A DNA stretch of 63,079 nt, the filler included, from Octopus bimaculoides (taxonomy: Eukaryota), in assembly GCF_001194135.2 (NCBI RefSeq). It is 6 parts of 5 records of this genome, joined end to end, with 100 filler letters (N's around TTAATTAATTAA, not from the genome) between each part and the next. Parts side by side here need not be neighbours in the genome. Positions count along the whole stretch, not along the records: positions 16,027 to 23,266 come from NC_068981.1; positions 23,367 to 28,326 come from NC_069005.1; positions 28,427 to 54,565 come from NC_068993.1; 3 more parts are not named here. One strand, 5' to 3'. The notes under the pieces were generated by a model, which worked only from the letters and a program-made list of their open reading frames with translations, was not told where the DNA came from and searched no databases. Shown one piece after another: positions 21,664 through 33,623 of this stretch. The stretch's first letter is position 1; each line of letters opens with the position of its first letter. The position numbers and the translations under genes are program-made.

Positions 21664-22954
21664 ATATGTCAATTAATGCAAGAGGAGAAATTCTACGCCA
21701 ATTTAACATATAGAGAAATTATATAATATTTACTACACACTCACCCACCCCCCTACATATACACATGCATATACTTCACAGCCAAAACATGTGTTTTTCT
21801 TCTTTATGGTGAGATTGTATTTATGTAACTTTGGTAAACGTTTCAATTCGTATTTGTTTAATTTATATATGCTTAATGTTATAGAAATCACTAACATTTT
21901 AATTATTTACGACGCTCAATTTATAATTTACCCTGCTGAGATTAAATAAATTATACTCCTAATTTTGATGCATTCATCTATGATTATCCCCGATTGAATG
22001 GTTGCCTGTGTTTGTTTTGGGGCATGAAAATTACGTGCAGTTCCTCGAGTTTCCTCATTACAGTTTATAAAAAAAAATAATTCCAAATGCATTCAGAGAG
22101 AGAGAGAGTAGTTCAGTGTATGATAAGGAAGTAAAGAGAAAATGAAGACGGTTAGACGAAATAAAAAGAAACAGATTAGGATGTGTTTTCTGCTTGAAAG
22201 AGGAACACATAAACAGAGAATATGTTGTAGAGAGATTTCTATTTTAAACATTTTTATAAATAATGATTGCAGCCTTAAAGGGTGCAACTATTCTGAATAT
22301 GATAAAATGGTAGTGCTTTGTAAATTTCTGAATAGCTGAGTTAATATACTCAACTTTGGAATTTTAGTTTTAGCCGGTATCGGAAACTGTGTATTTTGAA
22401 AGACAGGCAATTGCGGTTTCTTATGATAAATTAACACTGAAAATAACAAACGATTATGGAAATAAATCTTGTTCGCCCATATATAGCTACTTGTACATAC
22501 TTCAGGTTCTGTGATATGTTTCTACATCGCTTTCACTATCAGCTTCACCTGTATTTTTATAAATTATCGAAGTCATAATGGTATCCGTGGGGCAGCTGAT
22601 GGTGAAGGTATGTTGGATTGTTGGTATGGCTGTAGAATAGTATTATAACATCCTTTTGTTATATATATATCACAAGGTAAAGTTGTAAGATACCGCACGA
22701 GTGGAAATATATATGAAAGAAGGTTTGAAAATGCAATTATAAAGATGTTAATCCACTTGACCGGTTTCACTTTTTTAGTAAAAGATTGTCAAAAGTAAAA
22801 TGTAAAACTTTGTATAAGCTTGTGTTAAGTATCGGTTGTCACAAAAGTATTGAAGTACATATATACATTCTTTGATAATAATAAGAAAATATTAAAAACA
22901 GTTCAAGTATTAAAATACATATATAGAAATACCTATATATATATATATTCTTTG

Positions 22955-23036
<82 letters not shown>

Positions 23037-23266
23037 GGAAAGAATAGCACCGGGCTGAATAACCACATGGATGTGCTACACCGGGCTCCCTATACAAAAA
23101 CATATCTAATCCAATAACATCGATGGAATTAGCCAAAAGAACCGGTGGAAGATTTGAAGGAAGCGGTCTTTTAACGAAGATAATTTTTTTAAGAATATTT
23201 TTTATTCTTAAAAAATGAAATTTCACTGCAATACAAAGCACAGGACCTCCTATGCACGATGTCTCA

Positions 23267-23366
23267 NNNNNNNNNNNNNNNNNNNNNNNNNNNNNNNNNN
23301 NNNNNNNNNNTTAATTAATTAANNNNNNNNNNNNNNNNNNNNNNNNNNNNNNNNNNNNNNNNNNNN
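23267..23366. other. Artificial 100-bp scaffold spacer
   Basis: 44N-TTAATTAATTAA-44N. Confidence 0.95.
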
Positions 23367-23461
23367 TCATCATCATCGTTTAACGTCTGCTTTCCATGCT
23401 GGCATGGGTTGGACGATTTGACTGAGGACTGGTGAAACCAGATGGCTACACCAGGCTCCAA

Positions 23462-23465
<4 letters not shown>
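23367..23465 (-). mobile_element. 3' tail of RTE-type LINE, 5'-truncated
   Basis: Reverse complement ends TCCAACCCATGCCAGCATGGAAAGCAGACGTTAAACGATGATGATGA, matching the end of the RTE at about 33570-33623. Confidence 0.7.
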
Positions 23466-23498
<33 letters not shown>

Positions 23499-23917
23499 AA
23501 CACAGATATACACTAATACATACACAAATCTCAACTTGTTCAATGTCAACTTGGGGCAAAGCAACATCAACATGTACCCACGAACCTTCTGAGGAATTTG
23601 GAATTGCTAGAATTTACAGAACTATCCGACATATCTTATTTGGGTCACACATTCACCGTTTATTCACTATGTCATGCTGTAGAGTTGTATTGCATTTGGA
23701 ATTCTGGTGCTTAACTGATCTTTAAGATTACTAATGCATAGGAGAGAGAGAGAGAGAGAGGAGACGTAAGCAGGGAGGAAGAAGGGAAAAAAGAGAGAAA
23801 AAAATAGATGGGAGGAGATGATGATGATGATGAGGAGGAGGAGGAGGAAGAGGAACAAAAAAGAAGGAACTGAAAGAGATGTTGGTTCCACACAACATTT
23901 GTAGAATGTAAGAGAAA

Positions 23918-23964
<47 letters not shown>

Positions 23965-24832
23965 ATTACCAAAAGACAAAACAGAAAAACCAGCCAAATA
24001 TTTTATTTTGCAGTATGTTAAAGCACATTCATGTACAAATACATAGATATGCATATATAGTTACATACAAGTATCTGTGATACACGAAGAGATACACAGA
24101 GATATGCATATACTCACACACACACATAAATAAATACACCATACTCACAAATAATTACATTTGCTCAGATCAGATAAAACATACATACACACACAAATCC
24201 ATGCACACACACACACACATGCTTATTTCTGGGGGGTTTTTAAGGGTTTTTTTAGGTTTTTTTTTTAAATAAAAAAAAAAAACTGGTTGGATTAGAAATT
24301 GGATAATGTTGTTCTTATTCTATAAATATTTGCAAAGCTTTAAATATTTTGGTTGGTTTCATTTGAATTTAACCACAAAATGCTGTTTTACAAACCAGAC
24401 TCCATCACCCCCCCCCCGTCCTCTTTCTCATACATATTTTTCAATCATCATCACTGTTGTCATTGCCATATCATCAATGTCATCATCAGCATCATCATTT
24501 TAATCCCCACTGCTCCTTGCTTCCATGGGCCAGATAGAATTCATTGAAACAGATATTCTACAGCTGAATGCTCTTACTGTTGCCAAACCTCACCGATTTC
24601 CAAGTAAAGTGATATTTCCTTTTTCATGAATATATGTTTACATGGAAAACTGGAAATGAACAGCACCAATTATACAACGGTGATGCTTGCTAACAACCAT
24701 CACACAACGACATGAGGACAAGGAATCACACACACGAGCTCCCTGATCCACACCAACATCCCATCCAACCAGGTATGATACTCGACACAAGGAACTGATG
24801 TCTCTGAATACACTATACTATAGGCTGTTGCC

Positions 24833-24860
<28 letters not shown>

Positions 24861-24863
<3 letters not shown>

Positions 24864-25867
24864 TAGTTTTATTTTTATAACGTGCTTTCACTTCACTACC
24901 GAGCGCAGCTCTGTGCGCCTTGGGTATGTGCTGTGGTTTGCTGTGGTGCTCTTATGTTTACTGTATTGAAAGTGTTTTGCGTAGAATGTGTGCAGTACCC
25001 AGTAGTGCAATTTTCTGTATGTTATATATATTTGTAAGTCCTGGTGTTTTTGTTATGTATTTGTCTGAATATTTTTTTATTATACCTAAGGCACCTACTA
25101 TGATAGGAATTNNNNNNNNNNNNNNNNNNNNNNNNNNNNNNNNNNNNNNNNNNNNNNNNNNNNNNNNNNNNNNNNNNNNNNNNNNNNNNNNNNNNNNNNN
25201 NNNNNNNNNNNNNNNNNNNNNNNNNNNNNNNNNNNNNNNNNNNNNNNNNNNNNNNNNNNNNNNNNNNNNNNNNNNNNNNNNNNNNNNNNNNNNNNNNNNN
25301 NNNNNNNNNNNNNNNNNNNNNNNNNNNNNNNNNNNNNNNNNNNNNNNNNNNNNNNNNNNNNNNNNNNNNNNNNNNNNNNNNNNNNNNNNNNNNNNNNNNN
25401 NNNNNNNNNNNNNNNNNNNNNNNNNNNNNNNNNNNNNNNNNNNNNNNNNNNNNNNNNNNNNNNNNNNNNNNNNNNNNNNNNNNNNNNNNNNNNNNNNNNN
25501 NNNNNNNNNNNNNNNNNNNNNNNNNNNNNNNNNNNNNNNNNNNNNNNNNNNNNNNNNNNNNNNNNNNNNNNNNNNNNNNNNNNNNNNNNNNNNNAGGTCC
25601 CAGCTCTGTCGTGTCTGTGAATATATTCCTTCTTAGCCAGGACTGGGCAGCCAGAGATAATATGATTTATTGTTTCTTGTCGATCTCCACATATTCTACA
25701 GTTACTTGTTATATTTCTTTTCATTATGTGTTTTTGGTAATTTCTGGTGGGGAGGCTTTGGTCTTGTGCAGCAATTAAAAATCCTTCAGTCTCTGCTTTG
25801 AGTCCTGAGCTTCTCAGCCATTGCTGGGATTTCTCTCTGTCTATTTCTTTCGCATTTAGTTTAGATG
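24861..25867 (-). mobile_element. 5'-truncated Dong/R4-clade non-LTR retrotransposon (restriction-like endonuclease type)
   Basis: Minus strand encodes WLRSSGLKAETEGFLIAAQDQSLPTRNY, CCHC knuckle CRICGDRQETINHIISGC, YIHRHD and, after the gap, IPIIVGALG...QKIALLGTAHILRKTLSIQ-stop; then 3' UTR and (AAT)n. Both flanks are (AAT)n. Confidence 0.85.
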
Positions 25868-25919
<52 letters not shown>

Positions 25920-26097
25920 GGGTGGTGATCTGGCAGAATCGATAGTGTGCTGGATGAAATACATAGCGGTAAGGTCCAAATTGTTACACTAATTCATAAT
26001 GAGAATCGTGTTAAGGACACACAAGTATAGGGAATACTCAGCTACCAACACCTTAATTTCACAGTTAAGAATTCCATAGGTAAAATAATTGAATGTT

Positions 26098-26315
26098 AAG
26101 GCGGTAAGCTGCCAGAAACATTAGCATGCCAGGTGAAATACTAAGCGGTATTTTGTCTGTCTTTACATTCTGAGTTCAAATTCTGCCGAGGTAGATTTTG
26201 CCTTTCATCCTTTTGGAGTTGATAAATAAAGTACCAGTTGCATACTGGTGTTGATCTAATCGACTGGCTCCACCTCCCCAAAAATTTCGGGCCTTGTGTC
26301 TAGAGTAAAAACCAA
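26098..26315 (+). mobile_element. SINE family A
   Basis: Full head-core-tail with CpG-to-TpG/CpA decay. Confidence 0.8.
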
Positions 26316-26455
26316 TTAACAATCCACCACACCATATCCAAAGACACATGTATTGTGTATGTGTGTGTGTTGGGGTGCATGTGTATGTACTTGTGTAAAC
26401 ATATATACGTATAGTTTACTGTTTCGTTATATGTAGGATCAACAAAAAAGAGTAC

Positions 26456-26580
26456 ATCTATCTCCAGTCAGAGATAGATATCAGTATATCTATCTCCAGT
26501 CAGAGATAGATATCAGTATATCTATCTCCAGTCAGAGATAGATATCAGTATATCTATCTCCAGTCAGAGATAGATATCAG
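26456..26580. repeat. About 4 perfect 32-bp tandem units, each an inverted repeat
   Basis: Unit TCTATCTCCAGTCAGAGATAGATATCAGTATA; TCTCCAG recurs at 26461, 26493, 26525 and 26557. Confidence 0.9.
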
Positions 26581-27101
26581 AGCTGATAGAGGACCGAGAA
26601 TGTAGCACATCGTTGTACTTTAAAAAATGTGCCCACCACAACAGAACCGTAACCTTTAAATCAAGACGAAAAGCATTGGTCCAATAACTGCAGCCAGCAA
26701 AAGAACAAAAAGAAGAGTACATCCTGAGAAGATAGACAATGTGTTGGCAATACATGGCAACAGAAGGCGAAGATTGCAGTTGGTTTGTAAGAGCTGGAGA
26801 GTCTGGGTGTTGTAACAACAAGCAGCACATGGTAACCTAATGCTAATGCATTCAGCAGTAACATAGACAATCCAGACTTTACATGTGCACATGATATCTG
26901 ACTCATCATACTATAAGAAAAATACATGTCAAAATAAATAGTAAGATACAAAAGTGTTTACAATAATAATGTTAATAATGATGATGGTGTTGATGATGAC
27001 GACGATGATGAAGGTTAATATCTTACATTAACACAAGGCCAAACATATTTTGTTGTGAAGTTGTACATAGTTAAACAACCTGAATCAAGTACAAAATTTG
27101 C

Positions 27102-27157
<56 letters not shown>

Positions 27158-27540
27158 GAGGGCGGTAAGCTGGCAGAATTCTGGACAAACTGCTTAGTTG
27201 CATTTCGTCCATTTTTATGATTCTAAGGTCAAACTCTGCCGAGGCCGACTTTGTCTTTCATCCTTTTGGGGGTTGATGAAATAAGTACCAGTTGAATACA
27301 CTGGGGTTGATGTAATTGACTTACCCTCTACCCTGGAATTGCTGGCCTTGTGTCAGTATTTGAAATTATTATTATCAGTATCATCACCATCATCATTATA
27401 TCCTGAGTTCAAATCCTACCACTTTCAACTTTGCCTTTCATCCATCCAAAGGTCAAAAATATTAAAGTACCAGTTGAGCACTTGGAGCACACATCAACCA
27501 AGCCCCTCTCCTCAAAATCGCTGCCCTTGAATCTAAAAAC
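27158..27540 (+). mobile_element. Two SINE family A copies following an (ATT)n tract
   Basis: Head GGCGGTAAGCTGGCAGAA immediately after (ATT)n; second partial copy from about 27400. Confidence 0.7.
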
Positions 27541-27619
27541 GATTGTTGTTGTTGTTGTTGTTTTTGTTGTCATTATTATTATTATTGGCATTATAATTAC
27601 CATCATTACTATAATTGGC

Positions 27620-27790
27620 ATGTAAAAGGCACCATTCGAGTGTGGTCGATGCCAGTGCTGCCTGACTGGCCCCTGTGCCAGTGGCATGTAAAAAGTACCC
27701 ACTACACTCTCGGAGTGGTTGGCGTTAGGAAGGACATCCAACTGTAGAAACCTTGCTAGACCAGATTGGAGCCTGGTGCATCCTCTACAT
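27620..27790 (+). mobile_element. RTE 3' UTR fragment
   Basis: GGAGTGGTTGGCGTTAGGAAGG.CATCCA.CTGTAGAAA matches about 33485-33520. Confidence 0.65.
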
Positions 27791-27984
27791 ACATAACATA
27801 TATATATATTATATATATGTAAGTATGTATATATGCCTGTATATATGTGAGATACTAGTTTCACTTTAATAGTTTCAGTATTAAAGTGAAAATATCTGAC
27901 ATTGCAATAGAAAGATGTTATTGTTTCACTTTTGACACGTAATACTGCAATAGTGTAGGAGACGTGATAGTGCACTGGGCTCGC

Positions 27985-28326
27985 ATTAGGCAAGAAGTTA
28001 AAATTTTTTTGGCCTATGACACTACATGGACCCTAAGTAAGGCATGTGTAAAATTTGAATGAAATCGGTTATATAGTTCTGAAGTCATAGGGATTCACAC
28101 AGATAGAGAGACGGACCCATATTCTCATATTTATATATATACTAGCAGAGATACCCAGCGTTGCCCGTGTTACATGCAACTGAAAAATGAGACTTTTCTG
28201 TTATATTTTCTGTAAGGAACTGGAATACATATGATTCAAATTTCATCAAAATTGCACATGAGGGTTCTTTCCCTCTTTACACACCCTAAAAAAATTCTAA
28301 TCATGAGACATGTATCCCATACTATT
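27985..28326 (+). mobile_element. Non-autonomous Helitron/Helentron-like fragments
   Basis: AAAATTTGAATGAAATCGGTT...ACACAGA..GACGGAC module and TACTAGCAGAGATACCCAGCGTTGCCCG, which resembles Helitron-like non-autonomous element ends. Confidence 0.35.
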
Positions 28327-28426
28327 NNNNNNNNNNNNNNNNNNNNNNNNNNNNNNNNNNNNNNNNNNNNTTAATTAATTAANNNNNNNNNNNNNNNNNN
28401 NNNNNNNNNNNNNNNNNNNNNNNNNN
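28327..28426. other. Artificial 100-bp scaffold spacer
   Basis: 44N-TTAATTAATTAA-44N. Confidence 0.95.
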
Positions 28427-28850
28427 ATATATATATATATATAAAAGAATACAAAAATGGGACAAGAACACAACAAGCGACAACAAAACATCCAGAGAGT
28501 TAGATGATACAAAAAGGGACAAGTAAAATCAAGGACGGATCATTCGGAATTTTCTTTCGTCAACCGAGTTCCAGATTATCTTTGCAGTTTTGGCTGGTTA
28601 TACTCAAAACTGCTCCAATCTGGCCAGCCCCAAGGAAAAACTAAGTTAACAGCACTAGGGACATAAGAGATGACAGGCATGGGAAGGAATATAGATGTTG
28701 CACGGATGGTAGTCGAACCAAGAAAGAGAGGTCAGGCTTGGCCGAACACCGCTCACGTAGAGAGAGAAGAAAGAGTGGTAGAGGCAGAGGGATAGAAGAA
28801 TTAGGGAGGGACGAGAAAAAAAGGGACAGAGTGAAGTGAAAAATATGTAT

Positions 28851-29270
28851 GTCTGTTTTCCATGCTGGCATGTATGACTGTTTTCCATGCTGGCATGGAT
28901 TGGAACGTTTGAGCAGAGCTGGCAATCAGAAGAATTGCACCAGGCGCCAGTCTGATTTGGCTTGGTTTTTATGGCTGAATGCCCTTCCTAATGCCAACCA
29001 CTTTACTGTGTGTACTAGATGCTTCTAATGTGACACTAACATGAATGCTTTTTGTATGGCACTGGCTCATGGCTTTTGCAGACCAATCCTTTTCATCAGG
29101 TGGAGTGACATTAACATTGCTGCTGTGGACAATGGGCCTTCTTGAGTACCGTAAAGCACCAGATATCTCATTCCTTTGTCATCTCCTCCATAAGGTTGTC
29201 CTGAGGTTGTTCTTCTGTACTTCATCCCATGTCTTCCTGGGTATCCCTCTTCCACAAGTTCCATCAATTT
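28851..29270 (-). mobile_element. 3' end of RTE-type LINE
   Basis: Minus strand encodes DGTCGRGIPRKTWDEV (RTE C-terminus) followed by the family 3' UTR. Confidence 0.7.
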
Positions 29271-29273
29271 AGA

Positions 29274-29314
<41 letters not shown>

Positions 29315-29353
29315 AAATTCTATATCCTTCAGTTTTCTAATTCTCTATTACAG

Positions 29354-29452
29354 GTGTTCATTCCATTGCATATGCATTCCCCAAGGTGAAAATAGTGACA
29401 ACAGCTGTTGATAAAGAAGTTAATGAAAAGTTCCACATATTACCAGGTCTTG
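29354..29452 (+). CDS. UCKL1: Uridine-cytidine kinase-like 1, penultimate exon (UPRT-like domain)
   Basis: 99-nt exon with CAG acceptor and GTAAG donor, phase 1-1; encodes [34 protein letters not shown], close to the UCKL1 motif [21 protein letters not shown]...IIPGIG. Confidence 0.92.
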
Positions 29453-30789
29453 GTAAGTTGAAGTATTGATAGAATTGATTGTTCTCATAGGTTTCTACAT
29501 GTACGTGTGTTTGTGGAGTGTTCAGTCACTTGCACGTTAATTTCATGAGCAGTCTCTCACGTTGATCAGATTAACTGGAACCCTTGTCATAACCAACAGA
29601 GTGCCTATTACACGTCTTTGTCACTTTTCTGTATTATGTACTAAACTGGATGGAGTTGCAGAGCTACACCATTTGGTCTCATATAGTCTGTGAGAAACAT
29701 AATCTGATAGAAAATAGTTATAGTTGTAAGTTTTACATTTCTCTCAATGTCATGCTGTCAAGTTACGTTCTATCTTAACATTTTAATATGTTTTAGTCAG
29801 TGTTCCCAAAAATGATCTATTGACCTCAACATTCTCTTCATACCACATAGAGGAGCAGATGATATATTTGGAATAAGAAAAACATTGAGTGGAACCAGTG
29901 ACAGCTCATAATGTGTTGAATTAAAGAATGAGCATCTATGCAGCAAGTTTATTTACAAGAAATTGCAGCCAAATCACCCTAAAATCACACTCTACAGTCT
30001 TAAACTGAAAGATACACTATATCTTAAAAAAGAGAGAATGGTCCTGGCTTGGACATTTTTGATTATGGTTCTTTTCAATCTGATCTGACCTGAGGTTAAA
30101 GAGCTCATAAAGAAAGTAGTTGGTGTTTTCTATAGAAATGTCACAATGTCAGAAGGTTATCATAAACATTGATCATAAATCAGTTTACTATCTTAATACT
30201 ATTAATCTTACAGCAAGTCATATTGTCGAATCTATGGTAATTGATTATAGACAGAGCATCAGGATGTGTCTGTGTGTTGTACAAAAGAAATATCAAACTT
30301 ATAATGTAGAGATTTTTGTTAGAAAGTTAGGGAATATGACACAGTCCATCATTAATCTACTTCATCTTTATTTACTCAATTTTATCAGAGTTATCCTTCT
30401 TAAAATTTTAAACACTTCTAACGGGAAATTTTGCCCGTTAATTGGGTAACCGCTAATAGAAGTTTTTCTGCTCATTGCATTAAATGTAAGATCCTACATT
30501 GTAATGGCCCCTTCTATTTCTGATATTGTCTCATAGCATAATTTTAAGGGAGGTATAGGTACCGAGAAACCCAACCTTGATTCAACACACTTATTATTGA
30601 AAGTCTTCCAGCTGTGATCATTTCGAGCAAGCAAACAGCCTCTACACAGTAATAGCAGCCAAACCTCTCTCAAATTACACTCTACAGCCTATAAAAAAAT
30701 GGACACTATCAGGCTGACCTTGGGCTAAACAAAAGTATGTTTATGATTGGTAGGATTTAGTTCATAATAGTATACTTTTGGAAATCTCT

Positions 30790-31110
30790 GTGAATCGGAC
30801 TACCGCATAAAGACTGCAGTTACTTAGATGGACACGACTAGAACGCTGTTTATTATAGGTTTGCATATTCAATGTTGACTCATTAAATAAACCTACATTT
30901 CTACTTTGCTTTTTTGAGTAAACAATATAAGGGACATAACTCAAATGATTTAATTTCTGAGTAATTTCCCTTGGTTTAATCCTTTGACCTCGTTTTCGTT
31001 TTGCATTCTTAAAGTTCTGACAATTTTGGTTATAGATTGAACGGAGAGGGTAATACTGCCTTCTTAGTAAATTCTTTGAAAGTTGGGTGAGAGTGGTAAA
31101 AATGTTACGT
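30790..31110 (-). mobile_element. Possible degenerate Penelope-like element fragment
   Basis: Part of the 199-aa ORF (LTQLSKNLLRRQYYP...KLNHLSYVPYI..SRNVGLFN) loosely resembles the RT-to-GIY-YIG linker of Penelope elements; no catalytic motif visible. Confidence 0.25.
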
Positions 31111-31589
31111 GTAAAAGGCCCCTGTTCTGAGCATGATCCTGTTATAATCGGTCGACCGTTGAGAGAGGGGAACCTGTCCTCATGGTCTGGGTGATCCAGG
31201 TTATGTGACATTTTACACGTACATATCCAAATACGTACGTACGGGCATACGTTCATGATGGCTGACTCCTCGTGACTTAGAAAGACCATCACTGACCATT
31301 GCCCATGCAAAATGTTAGCAATACCTATGCATGAGGTTATTGCACCCACCTGTGTTTGCATCTGCAGCTTCCATGCTCACTGTGGTACCCTCCTACTCGA
31401 CCAGGCATCGGAAATTCATCTCACTGGCAATTGCACAGCCTAAAATTTTACGTCCAATAATGCATGCACAACACCTCACAAACCCTTTCCACTTAATTGA
31501 CATGATCTAGAGACAAGCCAGGGCAAGATACTCGGTGCCAGGTAACAGGCTTAGGAGTGTGACAGCGCCATGATCTCAAATGCAAGCAA

Positions 31590-33623
31590 AAAAATCCCCA
31601 ATGACTGGTGTAGTAGCGCCATAGTCAACTGCTATAAAAGTAAAGGTAATGCCTTAGATAGAAATAATTACAGAGGTATCAAATTGTTGGATCAAGTGAT
31701 GAAAGTTGCAGGGAGAGTCATCAAGGAGAGTCAACTAATTAGGGAGAAAGTCTAGATGAGATGCAATTTGGTTTTGTGCCAGGTAGAAGCACCACTGATG
31801 CTATATTTTTGGTAAAGTAACTGCAGGAGAAATACCTAGCCAAAGACAAACATCTGTAATTGGCTTTTGTTGACTTGGAGAAAGCTTTTGACAGAGTCCC
31901 CTGATCCCTTATCTGGTGGTCAATGCAGAAACTAGGGATAGACAAGTGATTGGTGAGAGCTGTACAAGCTTTGTACAGGGACGCTACCAGTAAAGTGAGG
32001 GTGGGCAATGAGTACAGCAAAGAATTCAGGGTACTAGTAGGGGTTCCCCAAGGATCGGTGCTCAGACCCCCTTGTTCATCATAGTTCTCCAGGCAATAAC
32101 AAAGGAATTCAAGACAGGCTGCTCCTTGGAGCTACTTTATGCTGATGACCTTGCTCTTATAGCTGAATCACTACCAGAACTAGAGAAGGAAGCAAGGTCT
32201 AGAATCAAAGGGCCTTAAAGTTAACCAAGCAAAAACCAAAGTTATAGTAAGTAGGAAAGCAGACAAATCACAAATCCCTTCAGGTAGATGATCCTGCTCA
32301 ATCTGTAGAAAAGGTGTAAATAGAAACTCTATAAGCTGCACCTGGTATAAGCTTTGGACACCTAAAAGGTGCTACAACGTCAGTGGAAGGTTAATAGGTA
32401 AACTAACTTTTGTGTGTGGAAGATGCACAGGTACAATAAATGCTGAAAATGTGCAGAAAATAGACTCCATCAACTGCCAGTGGGGCAAGCTAGAGGTAGT
32501 AGGTGTCCAAGTTAGTAGTGGAGGTGGATGCTCCAAGAGTGTAGCTGTGAGAATAAGATTAGACTGGGCAAAGTTCAGAGAGCTCCTACCCCTGCTGACA
32601 ACAAAGGGTCTCTTTCTCAGAGTGAAAGACAGACTTTGATGCCTGTGTGCAAACAGCTATGTTGCATAGCAGTGAAACATGAGTTGTGACAGCCGAGGAT
32701 ATGCGTAGGCTTGAAAGAAATACTTCGCTGGATGTGCAATGTCGGTGTGCATGTTTGACAGAGTGTAAGCATCTTGAGAGAAAAGTTAGGCATAAGAGGA
32801 ATCAGATGTGTGCAAGAGAGACAACTGCGCTGGTATGGTCATGTGATGCGCATGTATGTGGACAGCTGTGTAAAAAAGTGCTGGTCTTTAACTGTGGAGG
32901 GTACCTGTGGAAGAGGAAGACCCAGGAAGACATGAGACAAGGTGGTGAAACATGATCTTCGACTTTGAGCCTCATAGAGACAGTGACTGGTGACCGAGAC
33001 CTTTGGCAATGTGCTGTGCTTGAGAGGACCCATCGAGCCAAGTGCACCCATGCTGGTGGCACATAAAGAACATCTTTTGAATGTTGGGCTTCATGGAGGC
33101 AAAGTCGCTGAGTTCCTTATGAGTGTTGGGCCCAACGGAGGCAAAGTAGCCGAGTTCCTCTTGAGCGTTCGACCTGATGGAGGCAAAGTGACAGAGTTCC
33201 TCTCAAGTGCTGGGCCTCATAGAAGCAAAGTGGCTGAGTTCCTTTTGAGTGTTGGGCCTCACAGAGGCAAAGTGGCTGAGCTCCTTTCAAGTGTTGGGCC
33301 TCACGGAGGCAGTGACCAAACCTTTGGCATTATATCATGCTTGAGAAGAAGATCCATCAAGCTGAGCAAAATCGCAGTTGTGTCATGCAAATTGGCACCC
33401 TTGCCAGGATCATGTAAATGCACTCCGGTGTCACACAAATGGCATCCGTGCTGGTGACATGTAAAAACACCCATTACACTCTTGGAGTGGTTGGCGTTAG
33501 GAAGAGCATCCAGCTGTAGAAAAATCATGCCAAATCAGACTGGTGCAGCCTTCCAGAATGCCAGCTAGGTCAAACCATCCAACCCATGCAAGCATGGACA
33601 ACAGACTTTAAATGATGATAATG
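31590..33623 (+). mobile_element. 5'-truncated RTE-clade LINE (RT, PHD-like insert, 3' UTR), degenerate
   Basis: Encodes IPNDW...NYRGIKLLDQVMKV, QFGFVPGRSTTDAIF, AFVDLEKAFDRVP, GVPQGSVL and LYADDL (32138-32149), C-terminal GTCGRGRPRKT, and ends ...GCATGGACAACAGACTTTAAATGATGATAATG; several stops and frameshifts. Confidence 0.92.
33075..33310 (+). repeat. 42-bp tandem array (about 5.5 units) in the RTE 3' region
   Basis: Unit GTTGGGCCTCACGGAGGCAAAGTGGCTGAGTTCCTTTTGAGT, diverged between copies. Confidence 0.9.

Noticed and set aside
26564-26951. Three overlapping 78-96 aa ORFs in unique sequence
   Set aside because: No recognisable motif and not UCKL1; no convincing splice pair.
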